From positions 16,040 through 80,039 of the forward strand of contig CAZYNM010000001.1 in assembly GCA_964648715.1 (NCBI GenBank): 64,000 nt of DNA, in the 5' to 3' direction. The notes below the pieces were generated by a model. That model saw nothing but the letters and a program-made list of their open reading frames with translations, searched no databases and was not told the origin of the DNA. The position numbers and the translations under genes were made by a program. Source of the DNA: an uncultured Pseudomonadales bacterium (GTDB taxonomy: Bacteria; Patescibacteriota; Microgenomatia; UBA1400; PJMF01). Position 1 is the first letter of the stretch. Each line of letters begins with the position of its first letter. Positions 20,123-29,885 of this stretch are shown one piece after another.

Positions 20123-20482
20123 CTAGTTAAATAAAAGTGCTTTCCATTGTTGCCAGACAGTCTTTTCTGAATCTGTTACAGTGGTATCTAGCTGATTCGC
20201 ATCAGCAGTGCTGCGTAAGGTAACAACCACTTCATCTGGTCTTTGACGTAGAAGTTCATTTCTAAGGATTTTTTCTTGTGCCAGTGGCGTGAGCACATAC
20301 GCATGTTTTTGCTCTAGTTCTCGTACTTCGGCTGCTAATGCATCTCGATCTTGCTCAAGTGTCTGAACAAATGCAGAAGAATGCATAGCCTTTTGTGCGC
20401 TGTGCTCGAGAGAGAAGTACAAAAAGACTCCCACACATGCCGCAAGGCAAAGTGTAACTGGGTGGGTTATGATCTGACGCAT
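20123..20482 (-). CDS. FtsB/DivIC-like septum formation initiator (TM plus coiled coil), tentative
   Basis: 119 aa; N-terminal TM helix VTLCLAACVGVFLYF followed by a coiled-coil-like stretch LEQDRDALAAEVRELEQKHAYV. Confidence 0.3.
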   Translation of the reverse strand: MRQIITHPVTLCLAACVGVFLYFSLEHSAQKAMHSSAFVQTLEQDRDALAAEVRELEQKHAYVLTPLAQEKILRNELLRQRPDEVVVTLRSTADANQLDTTVTDSEKTVWQQWKALLFN

Positions 20483-20621
20483 TGCAAAAAAGCCCCTGTT
20501 ATGATATTATAAGTCTTACAAAAACTCTAACTTCCTGTCAAGTAGCTTCACAGTAGAAACACGACAGGCTGTTTGTTGGTTCGATAGTAAACAACCTGCT
20601 TACTAGTATAAGAAAGACAGT

Positions 20622-21500
20622 ATGGCCAGTACAGTATCATCCTTGAGCGAGCTTCACGCCTTGTTCGTGCAAAGTCTTAAGGACGCAGGTAAAGCCCACG
20701 CGACTGTCATTGCATACAGCAAAGATATTGAACAACTAGTGTTTTTTTTGCGTGACGAAAAATCAAAAACAACTCCAGAAGCTATTACTGACACAGATAT
20801 AGAAGATTTCAAAGAGCTACTTAAAAAACAACGATACACAGGTAAGTCAATCTCAAGAAAGATCAATTCAATTAAAGCATACTTTAGGTATCTTCAAGCC
20901 CAAGGTCTGCTGCGTGATAATCCCGCAGACGTAATTACTCATCCAAAGTATGATCAATCACCTCCTCGAGTACTCACCAAAACTGAGTATCGCGCTTTAC
21001 GCGATGCTTGCCGTGGAGACGCTCGCATGGCTGCCGTTGTGGAGTTGCTCCTTCAAACTGGCATGCGCATTAGTGAACTCGCTGCACTTGAAATTCCTGA
21101 TATCGACTTTGAGCGCAATGTTATTACGATTCAACCTCAAGAAGCACGTGGCCTGCGTCGTGTGCCATTAAATACTGCTGCCAAACAGGCTGTCATGGAT
21201 TACTTGTCTCTGCGCCCAAGAGCACGAGAAAAAGTGTTGTTCCTCACAAAAACGTGTCGACCATTCTTAGTTCGTAACATCAGAACAGCACTTGATCGCT
21301 ACTTTAGACTGGCAGGAATTAAAGATGCAAAAGTGAACGACCTACGTCATACATTCATCGTGGAGCAACTTAAAGCAGGCACTCCACTGGTGTATATCTC
21401 GCAATTGGTTGGTCACAAGCGCATTACAACAACAGAGAAGTATCTCAAACTAATAGAAGCTCCAGACATGCAGCCGTCTATTCAAATTGAAGAACTCTAA
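20622..21500 (+). CDS. tyrosine site-specific recombinase (XerC/XerD/integrase family)
   Basis: N-terminal SAM-like core-binding domain; C-terminal catalytic motifs GMRISEL, LRHTF, GHKRITTTEKYLKL (catalytic Tyr). Confidence 0.7.
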   Translation: MASTVSSLSELHALFVQSLKDAGKAHATVIAYSKDIEQLVFFLRDEKSKTTPEAITDTDIEDFKELLKKQRYTGKSISRKINSIKAYFRYLQAQGLLRDNPADVITHPKYDQSPPRVLTKTEYRALRDACRGDARMAAVVELLLQTGMRISELAALEIPDIDFERNVITIQPQEARGLRRVPLNTAAKQAVMDYLSLRPRAREKVLFLTKTCRPFLVRNIRTALDRYFRLAGIKDAKVNDLRHTFIVEQLKAGTPLVYISQLVGHKRITTTEKYLKLIEAPDMQPSIQIEEL

Positions 21501-21931
21501 ACTTTCCTCTTTCCAAACATTTGCATTCACGGTAGTATACTGCCCATACTATCCCGCACTAGTACGCGGTGATAGAAATTAATGAGAAAGAGGCACATGC
21601 CCATCCCAGAACGATTTTTAACTCCTTCACCTGCTGTTGAGCGTTTTTCTGGTAACTTTCTTTTTTTGCGCGCTTGGATAGAGACAGTGATGCGTTTTGA
21701 ACAATACACACCAGTGCAGCTCCCCAATAACGCAGAGTCACATTTCAGGGCAGTAGAAGACAACAGAACTCGCCTTGGCATAGGAAGTGCTAGTCATTCA
21801 GAACAGAAGTCTTTAGGTGTGGCCGCACAGATCAGGAACAAGCTTATGCGCACTCCGCAACGTGGTGGTCAGAGTGAACGCTCCAAAAGAGGTAATAAAT
21901 CTGGGCAAACAGGTAATACACACTAAAACTT

Positions 21932-22279
21932 ATGCAGGAACAACTCCCAAAACCAGAACAGATCAGCTATGATGAGTTTGTGAAACTTGATATACGAATA
22001 GCAACAGTCACCGCTGCTACAGTTGTGGAAGGTGCAGACAAACTGCTCAAACTCACTCTTGATGTTGGTGAACTTGGTGAGCGTACAGTTGTGTCTGGGA
22101 TTCGACTTTGGTATGCACCAGATGATCTAGTGGGTAGTCAGGTTGTATATTTGGCAAATCTAGCGCCGCGTATGTTACGAGGTGTACTCAGTCAAGGCAT
22201 GCTGCTGGCAGGTGGAGATGAGACAGCTCATCTCCTAAAGCCGGATGCAGCAGTGGCACCAGGAACCGCTGTTCGTTAG
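21932..22279 (+). CDS. tRNA-binding domain protein (CsaA/Trbp111/EMAP-II-like OB fold)
   Basis: FVKLDIRIATVTAAT..ADKLLKLTLDVGELGERTVVSGI...LVGSQVVYLANLAPRMLRGVLSQGMLLA matches the tRNA-binding domain found at MetRS C-termini. Confidence 0.6.
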   Translation: MQEQLPKPEQISYDEFVKLDIRIATVTAATVVEGADKLLKLTLDVGELGERTVVSGIRLWYAPDDLVGSQVVYLANLAPRMLRGVLSQGMLLAGGDETAHLLKPDAAVAPGTAVR

Positions 22280-22370
22280 CGTAGGCAAAATAAGCTTCTT
22301 GTGCGAAAGGCATTTTGTGGGTACTATGTGCATTCATGATACAATAGCCACCAGATGAGGATATGCGTGT

Positions 22371-24299
22371 ATGGCCAAAGAAACCCTGAAACAATCTGAA
22401 GCAAAGCACAAAGAAACTGTTGAAAAAAATAATCGCTCTCGTACCCCAGAACAAGAGGAAGGATTCCGTTCCTTTTATTTCCAGTTCAACTTGGGTAACT
22501 TTTTCAATAAAGGGTTGCTGTATGTGTTTATTGCGCTTCTCTTCATTCCTTTTCTCATTTCTTTTTTTTCTGGAGAGGCTGCAAGCAAGATTACTCTTTC
22601 TGAGTTAATTGCTGATGTAAAGCAAGAAAAAGTTGAAAGAATTGAAATCTCTGGTAATGATCTCAACGTTACGTATACAGACAAGTCTCATAAGACTACT
22701 AAAAAAGAAGATGGTCAAGAGTTGGTCGCTGTGTTTAAAGCTGCAGACCTAGACCTTACCAAGACAAACATTGAAGTTGTTCAACACTCCTTTTGGAGCA
22801 TGGGTTGGGAGTTACTGATTACTTTGCTGCCAATTGTACTCATGGTTGGTTTCTTTTTATTCTTATTCCGCCAAGCACGTGGTGGACAAGATGGCATTAT
22901 GGGTATTGGTAGGAGCAAAGCGAAGCTTTTTGTGAAAGGCAAACAAAACATCACCTTCAAGGATGTTGGTGGTATGCAGGAAGCAAAAAAAGAACTTGAA
23001 GAGATTGTAGACTTTCTCAAAGATCCCAAGAAGTACGTCAAGGTTGGGGCACGGACACCAAAAGGTGTGTTACTTGTTGGTCCATCTGGTACCGGTAAAA
23101 CCTTGTTGGCTCGCGCAGTGGCTGGTGAAGCAAATGTGCAGTTTCTCTCTATAGCGGGTAGTGAATTTATGGAAATGTTGGTAGGTGTTGGTGCTTCTAG
23201 AGCAAGAGATCTTTTTGCTACCGCAAAAAAGCTAGCACCAGCAATTATTTTTATTGATGAAATTGACGCAATTGGAAGAGTACGAGGTATGGGGAGTATG
23301 GGTGGGCATGACGAGCGTGAGCAAACACTCAACCAAATCTTGGTAGAGATGGATGGTTTTACTCAAAATGATAATGTGATTGTCATGGCTGCTACCAATC
23401 GAGGTGATATGCTTGATCCAGCATTGGTGCGTCCTGGCCGCTTTGACCGACGTGTCACTGTCTCACTTCCTGATCTTGATGAGCGTAAGTATATCCTTTC
23501 CATTCACGCGAAATCAAAACCCTTTGCTGCAGAAGTAAATTGGGATAAGGTTGCCAAGCGAACAGTTGGTTTCTCTGGCGCTGATCTTGAAAATATGCTT
23601 AACGAAGCAGCAATAGCAGTCGCACGTGCCAGTAGAACAGAAATTACATCGGAGGACATAGAAGAAGCATCATTGAAGGTCAAACTGGGTCCAAGCAAGA
23701 AGCGGTTACATGATGAGTATGAGCGAAAGATGACAGCATATCATGAAGCTGGTCATGCACTTGTAGCTCACGTTTCACCAATGGCCGACCCCGTGCATCG
23801 CATTTCTATCGTGTCTCGCGGTCATGCCCTTGGTTTTACGCTCACCCCTCCTGAGCGTGACAAGCTCCAAACAACTAAATCCGAACTGCTTGATGAGATT
23901 GCCGTTCTGTTGGGTGGTCGTGCTGCTGAAAAGCTCATTTTCAATGAACTGACGGCAGGAGCAAGTAGTGACATTGAACGTGCTACGCGCATTGCGCGTG
24001 CAATGGTAATGGACTATGGTATGAGTGATTTGGGTCCCATGAACTTCTCCCCTCAATATGACATGAACTACAATCGATCCTGGGGTGAGCCGCAAAAGAT
24101 ATCAGAAGAACTACAACAAAAGGTAGATGCAGAAGTGAGAGCTTTTATTGCAGCGGGTGAAGAGACTGCACTCAAGATTCTCAAAAAATACTCAAAACAG
24201 CTTGCGCTTGTCTCAGAACGTCTACTAGAGGTAGAGTCTCTTGACGGCGATGAATTTGAAGCAGTAATGGCTATGCCCAAGGTGAAGGCAAGTGTATGA
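22371..24299 (+). CDS. ftsH: ATP-dependent zinc metalloprotease FtsH
   Basis: TM helices; Walker A GPSGTGKT; Walker [10 protein letters not shown]; second region of homology; HEAGHALV zinc motif. Confidence 0.95.
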   Translation: MAKETLKQSEAKHKETVEKNNRSRTPEQEEGFRSFYFQFNLGNFFNKGLLYVFIALLFIPFLISFFSGEAASKITLSELIADVKQEKVERIEISGNDLNVTYTDKSHKTTKKEDGQELVAVFKAADLDLTKTNIEVVQHSFWSMGWELLITLLPIVLMVGFFLFLFRQARGGQDGIMGIGRSKAKLFVKGKQNITFKDVGGMQEAKKELEEIVDFLKDPKKYVKVGARTPKGVLLVGPSGTGKTLLARAVAGEANVQFLSIAGSEFMEMLVGVGASRARDLFATAKKLAPAIIFIDEIDAIGRVRGMGSMGGHDEREQTLNQILVEMDGFTQNDNVIVMAATNRGDMLDPALVRPGRFDRRVTVSLPDLDERKYILSIHAKSKPFAAEVNWDKVAKRTVGFSGADLENMLNEAAIAVARASRTEITSEDIEEASLKVKLGPSKKRLHDEYERKMTAYHEAGHALVAHVSPMADPVHRISIVSRGHALGFTLTPPERDKLQTTKSELLDEIAVLLGGRAAEKLIFNELTAGASSDIERATRIARAMVMDYGMSDLGPMNFSPQYDMNYNRSWGEPQKISEELQQKVDAEVRAFIAAGEETALKILKKYSKQLALVSERLLEVESLDGDEFEAVMAMPKVKASV

Positions 24300-24946
24300 T
24301 CATGAAAGAGCAGGATCCTGAACATAAACTCCCTCGAAATACGGAAGATAGAACTAAGAAAGAAAAACCTGCCATTGAAGAAGACACTGCAGAAGGTGAA
24401 CAAGACCCCTACGCTGACTCAGTTGCGTTGTTTTCCTTACTTGTTGAAGAACATCTTACTCACAATACACTTCCTATTACCCGTATGTGGACTAGTGTCT
24501 TAGAATTTTTTGATGCCGCTCAGGTGCCTTTTGACGCAGTTAAGCTTGATAAGTATCCTGGAGAGCAAATCATACCAGGGTTAGAAGCACGTCTAGCACA
24601 AGATGTTCAACAAGATTACTTCATGATGGGCGTTGAGGATGATCAGGGCTTTGAGCAAGACATGGTGCCTCCCTTCATTATTATCATGAATGGTGAAGAA
24701 GAGATTGTTTTCTTTTCACGGGTGCAAAATAGTGAAGTGTTCATTCTTTCTCCCAAGGATCTTCCTGCTCATGAAGACTGGTCTACTGATGCATCACTTA
24801 GGCAAGCTGTTGGTGCGCTAGTCACAAAAAAGTTTGATGAGCATACCTTTTATAGCAGATACTATCGCAGTCTCACTGCCGATGACTTGCCACGTAGCAT
24901 CAAAAGGTTTTTAATTAAGACTGTTACCGCACAGAATTTCTCTTAA
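24296..24946 (+). CDS. hypothetical acidic protein (216 aa)
   Basis: Start overlaps ftsH stop (ATGA); no recognised motif. Confidence 0.4.
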   Translation: MIMKEQDPEHKLPRNTEDRTKKEKPAIEEDTAEGEQDPYADSVALFSLLVEEHLTHNTLPITRMWTSVLEFFDAAQVPFDAVKLDKYPGEQIIPGLEARLAQDVQQDYFMMGVEDDQGFEQDMVPPFIIIMNGEEEIVFFSRVQNSEVFILSPKDLPAHEDWSTDASLRQAVGALVTKKFDEHTFYSRYYRSLTADDLPRSIKRFLIKTVTAQNFS

Positions 24947-24963
24947 CGAGTTTGTGAACGTCT

Positions 24964-25914
24964 ATGCCAAATAACCCATCAAAACTTATGGTAATAGATG
25001 GACACGGACTTATTTATCGTGCCTATCACGCATTTCCCCCCCTTACTACCACAGAAGGTATACTGGTAAATGCAGTATATGGATTTACTCGCATTCTACT
25101 TACCGCACTTAGAGACATTAAACCAGAGTACTGTGTGGTGACGTTTGACCATAAGAAACCCACCTTACGAGCGCAGGCGTACGCTGAATATAAAGCACAC
25201 CGTGAAGAAATGCCGGATGACTTAAAACCTCAAATAGACATAGTCAAACAGGTAGTCCAGACACTTAATATTCCTCAGTTTGAAAAGGAAGGGTACGAAG
25301 CAGACGATTTAATGGGAACCATTAGCCGGCAAGTGTGTGAAGAAACTAATATCCATGTTGTTATCGTCTCAGGAGACAAGGATTTACTTCAACTAGTAAC
25401 TGAGTGTGTGCATGTTTGGATGCCCCCACGCGGTAAGGATGGTGTGGAGCTAGAGTATGGGCCACAAGAAGTACAACATTTGCTTAAAGTTATCCCAACT
25501 CAAGTTCCTGATCTCAAGGGTTTGATGGGGGATACATCAGATAACATACCTGGAGTAAGGGGTATAGGACCCAAAACTGCACAGATACTTATTGAGCATT
25601 TTCACAGCGTTGAAGGGGTATACGAAGCTGTTGACTCAATAGAAAAGGGAACGAGTAGCCCAGCGCACCTCTCTGTACTTAAAGGAAGTACGCTCACAAA
25701 GCTAATTGCAGATAAAGATGCCGCGTTTTTGAGTAAAAAACTAGCTACCATAGACCGATACGCACCCGTCACTTTCAATCTTGACGCATGTGTGGTCTCT
25801 GACTTCAATAAGCAAGCAGTTATAGAACTCTTTGAACGACTGTTATTTAAATCATTAATACCTTTGTTGCCAAAGGATGATTTTGAGCTTGGAGTGCAGA
25901 ATGCGCTTTTTTAA
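24964..25914 (+). CDS. stand-alone 5'-3' exonuclease / flap endonuclease (Pol I N-terminal-domain-like)
   Basis: LMVIDGHGLIYRAYHAF, NAVYGFTRIL, GYEADDLMGT, SGDKDLLQL, GDTSDNIPGVRGIGPKTA; no polymerase domain follows. Confidence 0.75.
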   Translation: MPNNPSKLMVIDGHGLIYRAYHAFPPLTTTEGILVNAVYGFTRILLTALRDIKPEYCVVTFDHKKPTLRAQAYAEYKAHREEMPDDLKPQIDIVKQVVQTLNIPQFEKEGYEADDLMGTISRQVCEETNIHVVIVSGDKDLLQLVTECVHVWMPPRGKDGVELEYGPQEVQHLLKVIPTQVPDLKGLMGDTSDNIPGVRGIGPKTAQILIEHFHSVEGVYEAVDSIEKGTSSPAHLSVLKGSTLTKLIADKDAAFLSKKLATIDRYAPVTFNLDACVVSDFNKQAVIELFERLLFKSLIPLLPKDDFELGVQNALF

Positions 25915-25931
25915 GTAGAGCAGGGTATACT

Positions 25932-27041
25932 ATGCCTATGGCAAAGCCTCGAATAGCACTCATACATGACTACTTACGAGAGTATGGGGGTGCAGAGCGT
26001 GTGTTGGAAGCACTGCACGATCTTTATCCAGATGCACCTGTGTACACTGCTTTTTTTGATCGTGTTTCACTTGGTGTGCACGCTGACCGTTTTGCTGGCT
26101 GGGACATTCGAGAAACTAGAATGACTTGGTTGCCCTTCTATAGACAACTGCATTCACCGTACCGTATCTGTGCTCCTTTTTTTTTCAAAATGCTTGACCT
26201 ACGTGCGTTTGATTGTGTCATATCTTCAACCAATGCCTACTATGCAAAAGCGGTTGAGGTACCTCATGGTGTTCACATATGTTATTGTCACACTCCGCCA
26301 CGTGCTTTGTATGGATATACAACAGTAAGTGACTGGAAAAAGAATCCCTTGATCAGAATTTTAGGTGAAGTAAGCAACCATTTCTTGCGTATAGTTGACT
26401 TTGCACTTGCACAAAAAGTAGATCATTTCATTGCTAATTCGCAAGAAACAGCTCGGAGAATCAAGAAATTTTACAATCGTGAAAGTACTGTCATCCATCC
26501 ACCTGTACAAGTCAGTGAGTACGCACCAAAAGAACAAGTACGATCTTATTTTCTGTATGTGAATAGACTGGCGCTTGCCAAGCATCCTGAATTGGCAGTA
26601 GCTGTTTGTACGCAGGAGAATCTACCACTTAAAGTAGTCGGTGAAGGACGGATGCGTGCAGAACTTGAAAGTATGGCAGGACCCACTATTACGTTTTTAG
26701 GTGGGGTAAGTGATGCAGAGCTCGCTCATCTCTATCAGGGAGCACAGGCACTTTTGTATCCAGTTGAAGATGAAGATTTTGGCATTGTACCTGTTGAGGC
26801 AATGGGCTGGGGTGTACCAGTAATTGCCCATAACTCAGGAGGGCCAAAAGAAACCATCAAAGATGGAGTAACGGGTGTACTATTTAATGAACTGTCTGTG
26901 TCAGCACTTTCTCAGGCACTGCACCATGCCAGAACCAAACAGTTCTCGGTACAAACTCTTCACGAACATGCACGCAGTTTTGCTGTTCCCGTATTCAAGA
27001 AAAAAATTGCAGCATTTGTTCGGAAGGCTATGAAGGAGTAA
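25932..27041 (+). CDS. GT4-family glycosyltransferase
   Basis: EDFGIVPVEAMGWGVPVIAHNSGGPKETIKDGVTGVLF matches the GT4 E(X7)E region. Confidence 0.65.
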   Translation: MPMAKPRIALIHDYLREYGGAERVLEALHDLYPDAPVYTAFFDRVSLGVHADRFAGWDIRETRMTWLPFYRQLHSPYRICAPFFFKMLDLRAFDCVISSTNAYYAKAVEVPHGVHICYCHTPPRALYGYTTVSDWKKNPLIRILGEVSNHFLRIVDFALAQKVDHFIANSQETARRIKKFYNRESTVIHPPVQVSEYAPKEQVRSYFLYVNRLALAKHPELAVAVCTQENLPLKVVGEGRMRAELESMAGPTITFLGGVSDAELAHLYQGAQALLYPVEDEDFGIVPVEAMGWGVPVIAHNSGGPKETIKDGVTGVLFNELSVSALSQALHHARTKQFSVQTLHEHARSFAVPVFKKKIAAFVRKAMKE

Positions 27042-28449
27042 CTTCCACTAGTGCCACTTCAAATACTCCCAGTGGGACAAGTACTTGTACTTCACCTGTT
27101 TGTGTCACCACGGATTTAGTCTGTGCAGCTTTACTTAAGTAGGTAATTTTTACAGTGTATGTTCCCGGAGAGACATTCTTAAAAGTTACGGGGACAGTTT
27201 CTACGTTTTTCCCGTTTGGATCATAGTTGGAGAGGATCACTTGCCAGTGTGTTGCATCTGTACGTGCAGCAAGCGCTTTGACAAAGGTGCCTTTGCCAAC
27301 CAACTGTAGTCGTTCCCTACCAATGGTTTCCAGTAATCTCAGCGCGTGGTATCTTGGCTTGGCTTGGTTGCCATGATCTGTATGTGTGAATAGACCCCAG
27401 CGTCCCCAGCGTGCTTGTCCTGCTGGATCTTTACCATCCTGCACTTCAAACACAAAAGCCTTGTTCACAATGCCTACCATCTCAATGCCTCCTGCTACGG
27501 TGTGGGCAGCCGATTGTGTGCCATCATATCCCGGATGATTTTTGCTGTCATGTCCCCACTCAGTAATGTGAAACTCTACAGTAGGCTCAAGCTGTGGGTA
27601 GTTTGTCATCCATTGACGCACATCCGTCATATCTTTTCGGAAAACATCAATGTCGGTGTCATACCGGTGCCAGGAGAAAAAATCAAATTTAAGATGGTTC
27701 TCACTCACATGCTTCATGAGTGCATCAAACCAGTTTTTGTATAAAGCAGTAATGGCAGGACCACCCAACTTAAAGGGTTGTGAAACACGTGCTGTGGCAG
27801 CACCCTGTGCAGCATAGGTATAGAGGGTGAGGTAATTGCGCGAACCATAGTATTTCCAGCCACCAAAAAGATCTGGTTCGTTCCATACTTCATAGTACAC
27901 ATCACGTGTTGCGCGTGTTCCACTGACATGTTCAATTGTTTTTTGAACCATCAACTGCCAATCTTCATACCGTGTTGGCGGTGCTGTAAGTTCCCCACCT
28001 TGTGCTAAGCTTGGTGCCATGTAGGACAATGAGATATATGGCTTGGCCCCCACAGATTGAATGTCATCAAGTATTTGATCAAACTTTGAAAAGTTAAACT
28101 GTATATTTCCAGGCGTTCCAGAGACAATATCATAAAAATCAAAAATATGATCAAGTCGAATATACTCGGGGTGAAGAGCTCGTACTTGACTGACTAGAGG
28201 CTGTAGTCGCCACTCATGATCTTCACCTCCTTGTGCTAGGTGTCGCCATGGGCGGTCAAACGTACCAAGTACTGCAGTTGTGTCTATTACAATGTTAGCT
28301 GGTTCTGGAGCAGCATGTGGTAATAAGTTGGTAACCACATCAAGGTTCCGAACACTCAGCACCAAACTCAGACCAATAATGAAAGTAAGTACCAACGCTC
28401 CTATTGACTGCTTAATCAGTTTCCTGCCAACTCCAGCACGTGTAATCAT
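27028..28449 (-). CDS. membrane-anchored clan GH-A glycoside hydrolase (GH5/GH39-like TIM barrel)
   Basis: N-terminal TM helix; VYYEVWNEPD (acid/base Glu in NEP) and FHITEWG (nucleophile Glu) motifs; 3' end overlaps the convergent GT4 gene by 14 nt. Confidence 0.5.
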   Translation of the reverse strand: MITRAGVGRKLIKQSIGALVLTFIIGLSLVLSVRNLDVVTNLLPHAAPEPANIVIDTTAVLGTFDRPWRHLAQGGEDHEWRLQPLVSQVRALHPEYIRLDHIFDFYDIVSGTPGNIQFNFSKFDQILDDIQSVGAKPYISLSYMAPSLAQGGELTAPPTRYEDWQLMVQKTIEHVSGTRATRDVYYEVWNEPDLFGGWKYYGSRNYLTLYTYAAQGAATARVSQPFKLGGPAITALYKNWFDALMKHVSENHLKFDFFSWHRYDTDIDVFRKDMTDVRQWMTNYPQLEPTVEFHITEWGHDSKNHPGYDGTQSAAHTVAGGIEMVGIVNKAFVFEVQDGKDPAGQARWGRWGLFTHTDHGNQAKPRYHALRLLETIGRERLQLVGKGTFVKALAARTDATHWQVILSNYDPNGKNVETVPVTFKNVSPGTYTVKITYLSKAAQTKSVVTQTGEVQVLVPLGVFEVALVEVTPS

Positions 28450-28484
28450 GCATCTATCTTGTCATACTTTTTGTATGCTGTCAT

Positions 28485-28521
28485 TTGACTTTTTTTAGCA
28501 AAGACTATATAGTAGTGCTAA
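28485..28521 (+). promoter_or_regulatory. hrcA promoter (TTGACT-17-TATAGT) overlapping CIRCE operator TTAGCAAAG-N9-TAGTGCTAA
   Basis: TTGACT 28485-28490; CIRCE 28495-28521 with perfect TTAGCA/TGCTAA arms and 9-nt spacer. Confidence 0.65.
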
Positions 28522-28574
28522 TTTGGCTATCCATGTGCCTTGCAGATGAGTGAGAAGCCAGGTATAAAAGTATT

Positions 28575-29297
28575 ATGATTGATTTAACACCCCGACAAAT
28601 CCAGATCCTCCGAGCTATTATTCAAGAGTTTATTGATACTGCTGAACCTGTAGGTTCTGACACTATTGATAAAAAATATAGCATCGGTGTCTCACCTGCT
28701 ACTATTCGTAATGAGATGGTGCATCTGGCTGAGCAAGGTTATCTTTCAAAGACACACAGCAGCGCTGGACGCACGCCCACACCAATAGCTCTCAAGTTGT
28801 ATGTCAACGAGCTTATGAAAGAAAAGGAGCTATCTGTAGCAGATGAAGTGTCAGCCAAAGAGAAAATTTGGGAGTGTCGCAAAGAAATAGATGAATTGCT
28901 GGAAGAGATGACCAAAGTCTTAGCTGAGCGTTCACATGCACTTGGTTTGTCCGTACTCAATCAGCAACGTGTTTTTCATTCTGGTTATGCAAATCTTCTG
29001 AATATGCCAGAGTTTTATGACATTAATGTCATGCGTCAGGTTTTGCAGCTTATCGAAGAAGTGAAATCTCTCGATGATATTTTTTCTCATGCGATCAGTG
29101 AGAACCAAGTACAAGTTATCTATGGTCAAGAATTGGGAAATAAAGACTTGGAGCCAATCGGGCTGATTCATATGTCATTTACAGTACGTGGTGTTCCATG
29201 CAGACTAGGAGTGCTGGGCTCAAGTCGATTTGACTATGCCTATATCATTCCTATGATGAAGTACATGCGTGCTTTGGTAAAAGAGCTTGCCGAATAG
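28575..29297 (+). CDS. hrcA: heat-inducible transcription repressor HrcA (short, 240 aa)
   Basis: LTPRQIQILRAIIQEFIDTAEPVGSDTI...GVSPATIRNEMVHLAEQGYLSKTHSSAGRTPT is the HrcA winged-helix N-terminus. Confidence 0.8.
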   Translation: MIDLTPRQIQILRAIIQEFIDTAEPVGSDTIDKKYSIGVSPATIRNEMVHLAEQGYLSKTHSSAGRTPTPIALKLYVNELMKEKELSVADEVSAKEKIWECRKEIDELLEEMTKVLAERSHALGLSVLNQQRVFHSGYANLLNMPEFYDINVMRQVLQLIEEVKSLDDIFSHAISENQVQVIYGQELGNKDLEPIGLIHMSFTVRGVPCRLGVLGSSRFDYAYIIPMMKYMRALVKELAE

Positions 29298-29300
29298 AGA

Positions 29301-29822
29301 GTGTCCATGACAAAACAACCTGTTCAACCATCAACAACTGATGTTGCTCACGAACCCAGTATAACCGGTGATGACGCAGTAGCGTTACTCACACAAACTA
29401 TTGCCAAACTCGAACAGCAAGTGCAGGCACTTAAGGAAGATGCGCTTCGTTCACAAGCCGACTATCAGAATTTAGTGCGTCGTACCCGTGAAGAGAGAGC
29501 TCAGTTTGTGCAGCTTGCACTGCGTGAGTGTATGCAAGAACTTATAGAGCCACTTGAACACCTCAGTATGACTGCTGAGCAGCTTAAAAACCCTGTTCTT
29601 GATATGGTGGTGGGGCAGCTGTGGAATAAGCTTAAGACACAAGGTCTTACTGAACTTGATGTGATGGGTAAACCATTCTCAGTCGAAACTATGGAAGTTG
29701 TAGAACTCACTGAAGGTGCTACTGAGACTACCGGTGTGGTAGTGAAGATCGTAAAGCGCGGCTATGCCTTGCAAGGAAGTGTGCTACAGCACGCAAAAGT
29801 CATTATTGGACTTACAAGTTAG
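29301..29822 (+). CDS. grpE: nucleotide exchange factor GrpE
   Basis: Coiled-coil LKEDALRSQADYQNLVRRTREERAQ plus C-terminal beta domain; located between hrcA and dnaK. Confidence 0.75.
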   Translation: MSMTKQPVQPSTTDVAHEPSITGDDAVALLTQTIAKLEQQVQALKEDALRSQADYQNLVRRTREERAQFVQLALRECMQELIEPLEHLSMTAEQLKNPVLDMVVGQLWNKLKTQGLTELDVMGKPFSVETMEVVELTEGATETTGVVVKIVKRGYALQGSVLQHAKVIIGLTS

Positions 29823-29845
29823 CAATCTATTGACAACACTGCTAA
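29819..29845 (+). promoter_or_regulatory. third CIRCE-like element TTAGCAATC-N9-CACTGCTAA spanning the grpE stop codon, with TTGACA-18-TATAGT promoter before dnaK
   Basis: TTAGCA...TGCTAA inverted arms with 9-nt spacer; spacer contains TTGACA; TATAGT about 18 nt further. Confidence 0.5.
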
Positions 29846-29885
29846 ATTTGTAGTATAGTTTGAGGAAGAAAAAACGAAAGGGTAT

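Noticed and set aside
21700-21800. RNase P RNA, suggested by an ACAGAAC-like CR-IV/P4 motif
   Set aside because: The complementary P4 5' strand and the CR-I/CR-II signatures (GGAAAGUCCGGGC, AGGGUGAAA...GGUAA) could not be located on either strand with correct spacing, and an RNA of the usual length would run into the recombinase CDS.
21582-21926. 114-aa Arg/Gly-rich ORF (and overlapping minus-strand ORFs 21527-21781, 21559-21741) as a protein-coding gene
   Set aside because: There is no credible RBS, the translation is low-complexity and basic, and it overlaps equally long ORFs on the other strand. The region is more likely non-coding, though a small basic protein cannot be excluded.
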